From Epithemia pelagica (taxonomy: Eukaryota > Protista > Bacillariophyta): DNA of 64,000 nucleotides. The DNA lies in the NCBI GenBank assembly GCA_946965045.2, contig OX337233.1:3410001-3474000 (forward strand), written 5' to 3'. Shown piece after piece: positions 42,451 to 55,201 of this stretch. The position numbers and the translations under genes are program-made. Numbering within the stretch: the first letter of the stretch is position 1; every line of letters begins with the position of its first letter. A model generated the notes under the pieces. That model was not told where the DNA came from. It made no database searches and saw nothing but the letters and a program-made list of their open reading frames with translations.

Positions 42451-43630
42451 GTTATTGTAGTTAGGGTCTTCAAACTTAGGTAAATGAAATTTTTGCTTAA
42501 CTTGCTATGAAATTTAGGCTAAGTTTAGGTTTTGAAGTTTAGGTAGTTTAGGTGGCTATGGAATGCGGCTATGGAGTCTCATTTTTCAATACATAGAAAT
42601 CGAACCAAACAAGTCATCATCACAATGATCCACAACTTGTTCATTCGTTGCTTTACGGACAGTGGATCTTACCTTCATTAAATGCCGTAAGTTCAGCCCA
42701 GCTCGCAGACAGACTTCCACCTTGTCTTGCCCAAGATTACTGCGCAACTTACTCCAAACGTTGTTTTTGAGTGGCTTGGCAACTCGCTCGACAGAGATAG
42801 AGCCAGTCGAACGAACCGAAAGAAGTGGTTCAATCACAAGATCGTACAACTTACTTGGAGGAGCAATGCTAAAAAACTCCAGCCTCCCTTGGTGGCCACC
42901 TGTGGTACTCACCCACTGACTCACCATTTGGATCGTGAGTTCGCGCTCTTCCTGGAATCGATCAGAAGGTGGACGTGGGCTCTCTGTGGGGAAGAGATCA
43001 ATCCACTTCCCTGTGCGACCAATATAGGACCTGAACTCCTGATCCACAATCAACCTGATGTCCCTTGTGTCCGGAGCTTCGACCCTTCCCCACACAGTGG
43101 GACGCATATTGGGTGGCTCGACAGGTCCAGCATTCGGTGGTGGGGGTGGAGGTGGTTCCTGTGAAGGAATCACAAAGAACTCAATTGCATCCTGCATGCA
43201 ACGAGCAATTGATGGGTGAATGATAGGTCGCTTGGGGATTCTGTACCTGAAGGGATCCACGAGAAAAGCCCAGATTTGGTACTTGTCTAAGAGACCAACT
43301 TTCCGTCCAGGTGGTTCCGATCCATCATAGTTGAACCGATTGTCGCAGAACTCAACAATGGAGTTCCGTGCCCCACGGAGATTGAAGATTGCATCAATGG
43401 ATCTGCTGCCACTTGCTGTTCCTGAACCCAATACACCATTCAACTCGTTGCGCATGGCAACAATCACGGGGTAGTACGCGGAGATTGGAAAGTCATCGTC
43501 CGACACAAGCTTTGTTGCATGTTCAATCACAGCATAAATCTTGGTAACAACTTCCACCTTAGCCCATAGATCACGTGTAACTAGTTGAAGGGTTGCATCA
43601 ATCTTTTCCTTACGCCTCTGTGTTCGCGGA
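42451..43630 (-). mobile_element. 3' fragment of a hAT DNA transposon (transposase C-terminus and subterminal repeats)
   Basis: ORF 42586-43557 (frame open to ~43650) with W.KVEVVTKIY..IEHATKLVS, FLVDPF and the hAT dimerisation motif SISVERVAK..RSNL..KVE. Clustered (T)TTAGG repeats at ~42472-42552. Confidence 0.75.
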
Positions 43631-46600
43631 CATCTGAATCTCCATCCTCTTCGTCCAAGGTTAGTCTACCGCGTGACCTATGGTTCAAACTTTCTGAAGA
43701 AGATCGCAAGTTGATAATTGAGTATAACAAGATGATTCAAGCACCTTCATCGACAACACCGAGGAAAGTGCAAACACATGCCCTCGACATTGATCCGGAA
43801 CCTGATCCTGACCCCAACCAAGTTGCATCTGATGACGACTCACCTGGCGTAGTCCCTGAGCATCCAGATGATTCAGATCCGGTTACACAATTTATCAACC
43901 AAGCCATGACGACTGATATCAATCACTCGGCAACTGACCTGACTAGTGTTCTTTCTAACGCCAAGTCCAAGACGAGCAAGAAGGTTACTTTCAAAGCCAA
44001 CATGCATAAACAAGCAGGACATGTTCCACGCTATTTGTTTTCCAGGAAATCTACTTTACCAGGAAATCAATTGATTGACCGTGGTGCTAATGGAGGACTT
44101 GCTGGTTCTGACATGCGCATCCTTTCTAAGACTGGCCGCCATATCACTATTGTGGGTATTGATAACCATGAACTTACTGGACTTCCTGTCGTCATATGTG
44201 CCGCAAAGTTTGAGACCAATGATGGACCTGTTGTCGGCATCTTCAATGAATATGCTTATTATGGAAAGGGCTTATCTATCCATGCTCCTGGTCAATTCGA
44301 GCATTTCGGACTTGCTGTTGATGAACGATCTGTTAAAGTTGATGGTAAACAACGCATCACTACACTTGATGGTCGTGCTATACCCCTTCACATTAAGGAT
44401 GGGTTAGCCTACATCCACTCCTTGGGTATCCCCAACGACAATGACATGGATACCTTACCTCAGATCATCTTCACGTCACCCGACACATGGGATCCTGGTG
44501 TTCTGGACCATTCGTATTCTCCCACACCCTCTGACAATGATCCTGATTGGAAACACGTCAAGACTGATGGTAGTATGTCAAACCATCCATATGACAACTA
44601 TGGGGAGTACACTGATCGTGTTGTTTGTAACCTCAATCTCCTTTTGGATCTCCCATATGATCATGGACCTGACGATGCACCCTTCTTTTCTATCTATGCT
44701 GACACAGAAGGTAATGATCCTACACTTCATGCCTCTGTCCACCGTCGTTACCAGGAAGCGTATGACTGGAAGAAGTTCCGTCCATTCTTTGGTTGGCAAT
44801 CTGAAGATGTTATTGCCGATACGTTCAAGCACACTACACGTAATGGTAGCATTACTTTTGACCACGACACCCTCAAGAAACATTTCAAGGCTCGCAATCC
44901 GGTCCTTAATATACCTCGACGCCATGAACCCGTTGCTACTGACTCGGTTTTCTCCGACACCCCTGCTGTTGACCATGGCGGTAAAGTCGCACAAATCTTT
45001 GTTGGTCGAGATACTCTGGTTACTGATATCTATGGGATCAAGTCAACCAAACAGTTTGTCAATACTCTTCAGGACAACATCCGGTTTCGTGGTGCCATGG
45101 AGACTCTTATCAGTGATGGTGGTTCATCTCTCATCTCTCAAAAGGTCAAAGACATTCTTCGCACTTTGCTTATTGGGGAGTATCGATCCGAACCTTATCA
45201 TCAACACCAGAATAAGGCTGAAAACCGTTACCAGACCGTTAAACGTATGACCAACGCTCTCATGAATGCCACTGGTTGCCCTGCCAACACCTGGCTTCTT
45301 TGCCTTGAGTATGTCTGTGACTTATTGAACCATACGTCATCACCCACCCATTCCGGTCGCACTCCTCTTGAGGCTCTCTCCGGACGCCCACCCGACATTA
45401 CTCATCTCTTGTTCTTTCCTTTCTGGGATGAGGTTTACTACCGTGTCGACCCCGCTGAACCCAATTCTGGTTCATATCCATCTTCTTCTGATGAGAAACT
45501 TGGCCACTGGGTTGGTTTTGCTCACAACGTTGGTGATTCTTTTACTTGGAAGATTCTCACCCAGGATAACCAGATAATCTACCGTTCTGCCGTTCGCCGT
45601 GTTGAGTCCACTACACCTAACCTACGTGTGGATCGACCTTCAGGGGAGGATTCGTCTGAGAAGGATGACAATGATAAGCAAGCTGACACTGTCTTCATTT
45701 GCAGTGATAGTGAAGATCCATCCAAACCAATGCCCACGATCGATTTTGACGACATGATAGGACGCACATTCCTATGCGACACAGAAGAAAATGGGGAGCG
45801 ACACCGTGAGCGTGTCATCAAACGAGTCATTGATCTTAATGAAGAAGCAACGAAACAGGAAGAACGTGTCAAGTACATCTACCGAAAGACAAATTCTGAT
45901 GTTGATGAGATGATATCCTATAATCAACTCATGGAGTATATCGAACGAGATAACCAAGCTCAAACCTCTGGAGATAATCTTTTCAGGTTCAGGGACGTCA
46001 TTGCCCATCAAGGCCCACTGAACACAACTGATCCAGATTACAAGGGGAGCAAATATAATTTGCTTGTTGATTGGGAAACTGGGGAGACTACCTATGAACC
46101 TTTATCACTCATCGCCAATGATGATCCGATCACTGTAGCAATTTATGGAAAGAAACATGGTTTACTCAACGAACCTGGATGGAAGCATTTGAAACGTTAT
46201 GTCAAAACAAGCAAACGTCTCATTCGAGCAGCCAAACAGTCAAGGATTAAACAAGTTCACCATTCCGTCAAGTATAAGTTTGGATTCCAAGTACCACGCA
46301 ATTATGAGGAAGCTGTCGCTCTTGATAAACAACATGGCAACACAAAGTGGCAGGATGCAACAGAATTAGAATTGTCACAGATCCAGTCCTACAAGACATT
46401 CAAGGATTTTGGGAAAGCCATCTTCATTAAAGGGAAAGTATCCAATGCACCTGAAGGATATCATAAGATACGTGTACATCTTGTCTTTGACGTAAAACAT
46501 GATGGACGACATAAAGCAAGACTTGTCGCAGATGGACATCTCACAAAAGAACCTGTTGAGACAATCTATTCAGGTGTTGTTTCCATTCGCAACCTCCGCA

Positions 46601-48033
46601 TTGCCTTATTCCTGGGTACTTTGAATGACTTGGAAATATGGGGAGCAGATATTGGAAACGCATATCTGGAAGCCTTGACAGGGGAGAAAATTTTCATTGT
46701 CGCAGGACCTGAATTCAAGGAATTAGAAGGTCACATCCTGATTATATACAAGGCACTTTATGGATTGAAGTCATCAGGCGCACGCTGGCATGATGTCTTA
46801 TTCGATGTTTTGGCAGACATGGGATTTTCACCAAGCAAAGCAGATCCGGATATCTGGATGAGAAAAGCACCTGGAGAAGACTGTTACGAATACATTGCCG
46901 TATACGTTGATGACTAAGCCATTATTTCTACTGATCCTGGGAATATCTGCAAGATCCTGAAGGAGAAATACAACTTTAAACTCAAAGGAGATGGACCTAT
47001 TGATTTCCACTTGGGATGTTGATACACCAAGGATTCTGATGGAACATTAGTAGCAGATCCAAGACGCTACATTGGTAAGATGATGGACACTTTCGAACGA
47101 ATCTTCAAGGAGAAACCCAAGAAAGCCAAAACACCTCTTATTGGTGGAGACCATCCTGAATTGGATGATTCTGAGCTCCTTGATGAAGAAGGTACTAGCC
47201 ATTTCCAAACTCTGATTGGACAACTCCAATGGGTGATCACTATTGGTCGTTTCGACGTCTTCACCGCTACAATGACGCTATCACGCTTTCGTGCTGCTCC
47301 GAGGAAAGGACATCTTGATAGAGCCAAGCGTATCTATGGATACCTTGCACATCTACCAGAAGGCGCAATCAGATTTAGGATTGGAGAGCCTGATTATTCA
47401 AGTCTTCCTACCCAAGAATTTGATTGGACTCGCACTGTCTATTCGAATGCAAGTGAACGTATTCCTGAAGACTGCCCAACACCTCTTGGCCGCTATGTTA
47501 CCACAACTCATTATGTTGATGCCAATCTCATGCATGACATAGTCACTGGTGAATCCGTCACTGCTGTTCTACATTTGTTGAACGGAACACCTATTGACTG
47601 GTACAGCAAGAGACAGAGCACGGTGGAAACTGCTACCTATGGATCCGAGTTTGTGGCTGCAAGGACAGCAATAGATCAGATTACAGAATTACGACATTCT
47701 CTCCGCTACCTTGGAGTACCTATCCGAGAGCGAAGTTACATGTACGGAGATAACAGATCTGTTGTGCTCAATGCAACCGTTCCTCATTCCATACTATCCA
47801 AGAGACACCATCTTCTGTCATACCACCGAGTTCGTGAAGCCATCGCAGCAAAGTATGTTGCATTCTACTGGAAAGATGGAAAGACCAACCCTGCCGATAT
47901 CCTTAGCAAACATTGGGATTTCGTATCTATTTGGCCCATGCTCAAGCCACTGTTGTTTTGGAAAGGAGAAGTTCAAGACCTCAACAAATCCAATGATGAC
48001 AAGGCTGAAACGACGAGTTGTGGGGAGTGTTAG
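43631..48033 (+). pseudogene. Copia pol (protease, integrase, RT, RNase H) with two nonsense codons
   Basis: Protease LIDRGANGG, integrase ATDSVF/ISDGGS/AENRY, RT YVDD followed by TAA at 46915-46917, second in-frame TGA near 47020, RNase H YVDAN..AEFV-like GSEFVAA..DNRSV..NPADILSK. Confidence 0.92.
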
Positions 48034-48178
48034 AATTCTCACCGTCTATGGTGGTTAGATTCTACATCTCATCGATTCCCCACATCTAAGGAAGGAACGG
48101 TACGCCAGTTTATGGCAGTTTAATTATCGATAAGAAAGCACCCCTAAGCGCATCCTACTAGAATCATCCGCGCGCAGG

Positions 48179-48390
48179 ACACGCGCACACCTACAAGAAC
48201 ACGCGCACACCTACAAGAACATGCGCATGGCCCTTCCTCACGTTATTACTAAAAATGTGCTTTCCAGAACCAGCAAGCGCATGACCCACATTTCACCAAC
48301 TTCAACACCATGCACAGTCAAGAACCAATAGTCATCACATCCCTCCACCTTCATGCACAGTCAAGAACCAACAGTCATCACATACCCTCC
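48179..48390 (+). repeat. Subterminal short tandem repeats (20 bp x2+, ~38 bp x2 with period 43)
   Basis: acacgcgcacacctacaaga twice from 48179; catgcacagtcaagaacca(a/t)..gtcatcacat..cctcc at 48309 and 48352. Confidence 0.85.
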
Positions 48391-48590
48391 TATGTATGCA
48401 CTCATCCTTGATTGTGTCACATCACCATCATGCGCATTACTCCAGCATCAAGTGCAAGCAAGTTGAACACAGTGCATTTAACTAACACCATGCACACACT
48501 CCCACTAACAACCAGCGAATGAATGGAACACAATACATGTAGCTATATAGGAGTAGTATATGAAATGAAACCAATTGTCACTCTGATCAA

Positions 48591-50586
48591 TCACTGCCAC
48601 GACCGTTTTCGTGGCCTTTTAAAAGGCCTTGTCACAGCATCATCATCTGCATACCCCATTCGAGAGCGATATTGCCCATTGAGAAACATCATGAACCAGA
48701 TACCGCGGTCGCCTGCTCTGTCTTCACGAGCGATTTTCTCTTCCATATCCTCAAAATAGTCCATACCATCCTCTTTCATACATCGACTTGAGTTCCAACT
48801 GCCTGAATATTTGAAGCGAGGATACCTTGCTGAGGATGTATCAATCATTTGATCAACACCATTTTCATTGTACCACCTTGGATTTAATTCAAATAGTTTC
48901 GCCTTGAAAGTGGTCTTGCCCATGTGAGTCCACACATCCCAGCAATCCACAAGGATGGTCAATATGAACGCCTCGTCACTTGAAGTGAATAACTTCAAGG
49001 CCTTTTCGCAATGTTCCTTTCCCTGCTGCTCAGTGTGGTCACCAAAATTGAAATCAATCACGGTTTTATGCATATTCTCACCATAGACACATGGACCAAA
49101 CAATTGCAAGAGATATGAATAGGCATAGTTGTCACACTTCTCTCCTCTCAATAACAGAAATTCTTCCAGGGTAGGCTTTGGCCCAAAGTCTTCACAGTCG
49201 TTCAAAAGGCATGGATACCTCCGCTGGAAATTACTGTCACGCCATAGATCAAGACCCACGTGTTCTAGATTCAGCAACAAATTATCTCACATCTCTTTAT
49301 GAGAAGACGACGTGATGAACCAACACATTCACTCTTCGATTGACACTTACTTATGAATGCTTTTCGCATGGAAGCCAGAACATTTGATCGTTTGCTTCGG
49401 AACTTGTCAAGCATATAAGGTGAATGTTCAATCCACCACTCCTCTTGTTGTTTTGCATCCGTAATACCTTTGCCTTTGAAATAGTGCTCAGTAAAATATG
49501 TTTTGCCATACTTCCCCCAAAGACCATTCGGATCTGCCTTAGTATCTCCGGACATGGAGAAATACTTGACATAACGCCATGCCACCTTCCGAACAAATGT
49601 ATCAAAGAACTTCTCCGATACCACCTCAGGCTTTTTCTTCGGCTTTTGCTTCTTATTCTTGTCCTTTTCAACAGAACCTTTGTGTGTAGTGGATGTTACA
49701 ATCGTACTTGTCGGGCAAGATGATTGATTATGGTGTACTGTTGTTGTCTGTGTTTCCTGTGCCAACTGATTTTGAATATCGTCTTGTAGAAGAGTTTCCA
49801 TTGCCTGATCAGGCCCTGTTGTTAGCAAAGTAGATGACGAAGATGACGACATATCCGAAAGGGAAGAAACGTCGTTAGCAAAGGTATCACCTGATGCATT
49901 CAACCCACAAACACCCCCGTCATTAGAGCCGTCTCACCGACAAATTGTCCTCCTCCATTTTGTGCATCTAACAACTTATTGACAAGTCCTCCAGCAGGAA
50001 AATGTCTCTCATTAGGATCAAAATCATCTCCATCATACTCACTGGGTCCATTGCTCATATTCTGCAATGCTCGTTGCATTTCAGGTCCAGTGAGAATATT
50101 TACACCGACGTCGTCTTCCTCCATGTTATTAACTGCCGTGTTTGTTGGTTGCGCAAAACCAGATGATGGTTGTGTTCTCAGCCCACCCTGTTCATTATTG
50201 CTATCATCTGCTGAAGTCACATCAGCTCCATCTCTTTCTGAATTTGTTGCCTGCTCCAAAAGATTACCACTCCCTTCCACAGTTGTGCCTTCTTGTGCTT
50301 GTGCTTGATCGTTGTTCATCGAGATCTGTTCCTCTTCTTCCTCGTCATCAGAACTATCTTCTTGGAGTACTAAACCTTCATTGGCTGCTGCAATAAGAGC
50401 ATCTTTGTTTGTAATTGTCCCGTCCTTGTTAGGAAGATTCTCTTTATTTCTTGTTGCCACTGCTGCCAAGATGCTTCTTCGTTGTCGTTCAACCTCTTTC
50501 TGATTACTTCCATAGTTTGCATTTCGGACTGCTAAGGGTCGACGCCTCGTTGGAGCTGCATTTCTGGTGGTGACTCCTGCCATCAT
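48591..50586 (-). CDS. Transposon-associated accessory protein (multi-exon; T-S-D-E-A-F-I-L..W motif)
   Basis: Three abutting ORFs. The gtaagt...tag intron 49265-49350 joins 49351-49903 in frame to 48591-49264. The junction near 49900 is a frameshift or an unresolved intron. Transcribed divergently from the transposase. Confidence 0.65.
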
Positions 50587-51147
50587 TTATCTTGGATGCT
50601 CCGTCTGATTTATGACAAGGATGTGAACAAGAGCAGGGTAACAACAAGTCCTCTGATGGACAACCATTCAAATTCAAATGTTGGAATGCTCCATGTTTGA
50701 ATCATAAACTCCGTGTTTGAACGATTGTCCTTTGGAGAACGTATGAAGATGAGCATAGGTGGTTTCAAGTACATCATACTTGTCAGATGGAACATTGGTG
50801 CATGGGTTTGAATGATTGTCATTTCCTTTCTAATGTCGACAGTGTCGGTATCCTCGGCATTGACACAGTGTTTGAATTCCAATCGCTGCTATCACCGTTG
50901 GTATCTAACCCGGCAGGCTGGATTGGATTAAGTAAATACACACGACCGTTTGAAAATATTATGATCCGTTCATGTACATAAGCGATTTTCAGTCGCTTTT
51001 ATGCACCAACGTCGGCCGATCCACCCAATGCGGAGAAATTCTGATATATGCCACAAGATTGACCACCGATGTCTCAATTTGCAGAAATCGATTACAGAGC
51101 ATTTTTCATTCCAAACCAAAATCTAAAACCACCAGCATCGTACCATC

Positions 51148-54100
51148 ATGGGCCAGCGTCGTAAAGTAAAAAAGAAGTCACGAAAGAGATGCTCAAATAC
51201 AAGCCAACAAGAGGAGTCCTTCATATCCTTTCAAGTGTGTCGTTTCTGTCAATCACGTTTCGATGCAAGAGGAATCAGCCGTCACGAAACAGTTTGTGAA
51301 TTGAAAATGAACACACAAAGGAAATGGCCAAATGTTGGCAATGACAACAATGATTGTGCCAGTAATATGAATGCTGATCCAATGAATATTGATATCATGG
51401 ACGATGAAACCACTATTCCGCATGCTGACCCACCAAAAGCATACTATGTACCTGGTGATACAGATAATATTATTCTGCGCAACAGCAAGGAGTGCCCGGT
51501 TGATTTTCCTGCGTTCCTTGATAGAGATGGGAAGCAATTGAAACTTCATAAACAGGATGCAGCCTTGGTCTCACTTATGATGTTACTTCGGAAAGCTGGT
51601 TGCCCCAAATATTTGTACAATTCGATCCTGGCATGGTCGAGTGACACATACTCAAGATGCGGTCCTGGGTTCTTCCTGGACAACCATTCAAAGAGGAAAA
51701 CGTTCATCGAAAAGTTTTCTACCAAAGGTTTCAATTATCCCAAGGCAAAATTTTTCCCGGTACCAATGGAATTCACCCAAAAACAGGGTGTGGTTGTACC
51801 AGAGAGTGAGAAATCAATAACAACAGCAGTATTTGATTTGATCAGTCAACTACAGCGTGTATTACAAGATCCCGATGCAACCAAGAAAGAAAATACGATC
51901 CTCGATGATGACGATCCGTATCGTCCATATGTTCCAAACAAGCACATCCAAAATATACAAGACGGAGAAGTATTTCGGAAAACAGTGGAAAAATATAGAG
52001 ATGATCCAGATGCCTTCGTGGTTGGTCTTGTCTGTTATATGGACAAAACACATGCAACAGGGGATGGAAGATATACATCGGAGCCTGTTGTAATGGTGCC
52101 ATCTTTTCTAACGGAAACACAAATGAGGAAAGCAAGGCGACAGATCATCCTTGGGACTATTACAGACATGGAAAGAAAATCATCGGCGGCAAAACATATC
52201 CTCGATAAAGGGACTCCTTGCCGAAATTATCATGCTCAATTGACTAAGATCCTCGAAGGTCTTGTCAGTATCCAAAAACAGGAAGGTTTTTGGATGAAAC
52301 TACGCCTCCATGGGATTATCAAAGTTGTCCGTTTGATATTGCCAATGATTGTTGTCAAAGGAGACGGGAAGTCTCAGGATAACCTTGCAGGTCGGTATGC
52401 CTCGCATCATCCAAGTGTTGGAAGACTATCATGGTGTTGCAACATTAAACCAAGGGATAGCAGATACCCATGGCATGAATGTTCTTATATCAACGCTGCA
52501 AGTACATACAAAATGTGCTTGAATGCATTGGGTCTTAATGAAAATCGAGAAAAACTGACTGAACAGGATGTTGATTACCAAGAGAGAGACAATGATACAT
52601 TTTCGACTTTGACTGTTCCTACCTGTTTCAGCACATCGCAAGTAAGTCAAGAAAATAGCAGAGATGGAGGGGTCAATACCCTTGTGTCAGCTGCAAAAAC
52701 CCAATTGCATGACATGGGACAATATGCAGTCGATCTTTGTTTTTCCAAGGTTTACCTGGGTGAAGGAACCAATTCTGAACATGGGATTTTCTCGGCCAGT
52801 AGTTGTGATGTTCTTCATACATTGAAATCTGGGATAATGAGATACATCATGATTGACTTTTTCACGTATATGACAAAAACTGAACGGGCCATGTTTGATT
52901 ATGTCTACAATTCAATCTTACGGGCAAGTAGACAGACTGTATTCTCCTATTCATCGAAACTTGGATATCCCGGAACATCATTCTCGACCGGGATCAGTAA
53001 CCTGTCAAAAGTAACTGCCAATGAGTGGGTAGGGATCATGTTTGCTTCAGCAGCTCTATGTGCCACTGCCAGAGGTCGCCTTATATTTGCGAAGAATATG
53101 GCAAAGAAATGGAACAAGGTGGTTGCGGAATGGAAAAAACGACAAGCAAAGCAAATATCCAAAACCACCAACAAGACATGTCAAGCGGACGTGGATCAAG
53201 TGCAAGAGACAAGTGAACCTATTGCTGACAATGAGGATGATGCTCCACCAGATGAAGAGTACAAACGTACACGTCTTGATGATGATGATAGTGTTGACAT
53301 TGATATCACTGCTGAAACTGTTTTTGATGATGACCCAGTTGCTTACAGGTCTATCTGGGATGTTGATGAGCGGGAACCATACATAGACTTCCTGCATCTA
53401 TTCGAGACTCTTTTGTGTTTCAACAGCTGGATTCGTATGGATACATTCTGGGAAACAGACCCAGACTCACAAGAAGGACAAACAACAGCATCCAAGTCTC
53501 TCGAATCAGTGCGGATTTTGATGGATGGCATCAGGAGATATGCACCCAGGCTCGATAAAAAAGGCAAATTGATGTCCAACGGGTGGATGATACCAAAATT
53601 CCACAATCTCATACACATTATACAACAGATTCAGAATTTTGGACCAGCACGACTGCTTGATGTGGAGTCAGAGGAAAGTAATCATAAGGAAATTGTGAAA
53701 TTGAATGCAAAAACGGTACAGAAACGTGGAAAAGGAATTTTTGAGTCGCAACTTGCAGAAAATATCTGGTGGATGCAAAGCTTGGAAATGCTGCAGGAAG
53801 CAACAGGTCTTGAAGAAGATCATGTCACCTTTCTCCAGGAAGGGAAGTCGCCTTATGAAATAAGGAGAAAAAAGGGATCCCAAAACCAACTCCCTACCAC
53901 ATCAACCTCAAATAGCCGTGGAACGGTCATAGTAGTATCCATGACCAGAGAAAAATGTTTGATTCCAATACCTCACACGAACGTACATACTTCTGGTGAT
54001 AATCAAGACCAGTCATCAAATGAAATAGACAAGGATCTTCTGTCTCCATTGGGTATGTCAATTCAAGTTCCAGGCATGACCAGAAAAGAACAAGACGGAT

Positions 54101-55005
54101 CAAACCGAAACCAGACGAGTAGTGTACACAGGCGATTGACAGCAGCACCACACGAGGAGGATGTGGTATCAGTGAATATCGAATTCCATTCCAAAACAAA
54201 TCATGACATGACATTGCCACAGTTTTGTAATCACTTCTTTCGATTACATTACAAACGCTTTTTTCATCATATAGACAGGATGAGTGATGATCCAACAAAT
54301 GAGACTTCAACCACACTGGAATTGTTCGGGAGCACAGAACTTAAGTTCGAAGACCCCAGGATCGGAAATATACGGGCTCATCCGAATTATCAAAGCGAGG
54401 GGCCATGGAGAGATTGGGTGATGGCTAAAGTTCCAAAGAAAAAAAGGAAACCTCTTGACGAGGTATACAACCAACCTCTCGGAGAATTTGATACCATCCT
54501 ATGTCAAACGATATGCTTCATTCAAATACCCATTACTCGAACAGACCACATACAAATACAACCATCACCGGTATGTCAACCTTCAACTTCACCCGAGATG
54601 ACCCATGTCCTTCTCCGAACGACATATGTACGGAGTGCAGCTGATATCGAGAAATCATCCGTTCTCTTTCAAAAATGGCGGAAGCGTTTTGACCTACATC
54701 GAATAGCTGAAATTGTCATGGTTCCACTCCGGAATATTGTTGAGGTTGTTGGTGTAGTGGATGAGAACCCAGAAATGATTCAAGACCGTGATTCTATCCC
54801 AACATATTTCCATTCTTCACTTGAAAAAGATTTGCTCCAAGAAGACAGTCGTAATTTGAGAAACTTTAGTGACAATGTCTGGGCCGTGCGCAACATCAAA
54901 GAATGGGCTTCCGAATTCAATGAAAGTGCCCGTGACAATCTCGAGAAACGCTGTAATGAAATGAAAGAAAGATTGAAACAATCCGTCAGCAATTCGACCT
55001 CATGA
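51148..55005 (+). CDS. Plavaka-family transposase
   Basis: 1285 aa intact ORF. N-terminal C2H2-like finger CRFC..GISRHETVC; catalytic-core motifs YMDKTH, YHAQLTKIL, KGDGKSQD; PKFHNLIH..IQNFG..ESEESNHK; C-terminal RAHPNY..WRDWV. All typical of Plavaka transposases. Confidence 0.88.
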   Translation: MGQRRKVKKKSRKRCSNTSQQEESFISFQVCRFCQSRFDARGISRHETVCELKMNTQRKWPNVGNDNNDCASNMNADPMNIDIMDDETTIPHADPPKAYYVPGDTDNIILRNSKECPVDFPAFLDRDGKQLKLHKQDAALVSLMMLLRKAGCPKYLYNSILAWSSDTYSRCGPGFFLDNHSKRKTFIEKFSTKGFNYPKAKFFPVPMEFTQKQGVVVPESEKSITTAVFDLISQLQRVLQDPDATKKENTILDDDDPYRPYVPNKHIQNIQDGEVFRKTVEKYRDDPDAFVVGLVCYMDKTHATGDGRYTSEPVVMVPSFLTETQMRKARRQIILGTITDMERKSSAAKHILDKGTPCRNYHAQLTKILEGLVSIQKQEGFWMKLRLHGIIKVVRLILPMIVVKGDGKSQDNLAGRYASHHPSVGRLSWCCNIKPRDSRYPWHECSYINAASTYKMCLNALGLNENREKLTEQDVDYQERDNDTFSTLTVPTCFSTSQVSQENSRDGGVNTLVSAAKTQLHDMGQYAVDLCFSKVYLGEGTNSEHGIFSASSCDVLHTLKSGIMRYIMIDFFTYMTKTERAMFDYVYNSILRASRQTVFSYSSKLGYPGTSFSTGISNLSKVTANEWVGIMFASAALCATARGRLIFAKNMAKKWNKVVAEWKKRQAKQISKTTNKTCQADVDQVQETSEPIADNEDDAPPDEEYKRTRLDDDDSVDIDITAETVFDDDPVAYRSIWDVDEREPYIDFLHLFETLLCFNSWIRMDTFWETDPDSQEGQTTASKSLESVRILMDGIRRYAPRLDKKGKLMSNGWMIPKFHNLIHIIQQIQNFGPARLLDVESEESNHKEIVKLNAKTVQKRGKGIFESQLAENIWWMQSLEMLQEATGLEEDHVTFLQEGKSPYEIRRKKGSQNQLPTTSTSNSRGTVIVVSMTREKCLIPIPHTNVHTSGDNQDQSSNEIDKDLLSPLGMSIQVPGMTRKEQDGSNRNQTSSVHRRLTAAPHEEDVVSVNIEFHSKTNHDMTLPQFCNHFFRLHYKRFFHHIDRMSDDPTNETSTTLELFGSTELKFEDPRIGNIRAHPNYQSEGPWRDWVMAKVPKKKRKPLDEVYNQPLGEFDTILCQTICFIQIPITRTDHIQIQPSPVCQPSTSPEMTHVLLRTTYVRSAADIEKSSVLFQKWRKRFDLHRIAEIVMVPLRNIVEVVGVVDENPEMIQDRDSIPTYFHSSLEKDLLQEDSRNLRNFSDNVWAVRNIKEWASEFNESARDNLEKRCNEMKERLKQSVSNSTS

Positions 55006-55201
55006 TCATAATTTGCCTCTATGGGGGGTTGTCACATACCAGCACTTCCCCTCCTAATCTCCCCCCCAACCGTACGCGAGCCGACCAATTCAACTCAGAG
55101 TGTCACACACAAATTGGATGAAATAGTAGATACTTTCCATCGTTTTCCAAAAGTCATCCTCAGTCTTCAGTCAGTTAGGCTATTCTACTCCTCTTCAAAC
55201 A

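Larger units (their letters stand above)
38190..48082 (+). mobile_element. Ty1/Copia (CoDi-type) LTR retrotransposon, inactivated
   Basis: Identical 55 bp tgttagaattc...cccca at 38190-38244 and 48028-48082. PPT-like ggggag before 48028. gag followed by PR-IN-RT-RH order. Confidence 0.9.

Noticed and set aside
42472-42552. (T)TTAGG repeats resembling telomeric sequence
   Set aside because: Irregularly spaced and degenerate, at the 3' end of a hAT fragment; better explained as subterminal repeats.
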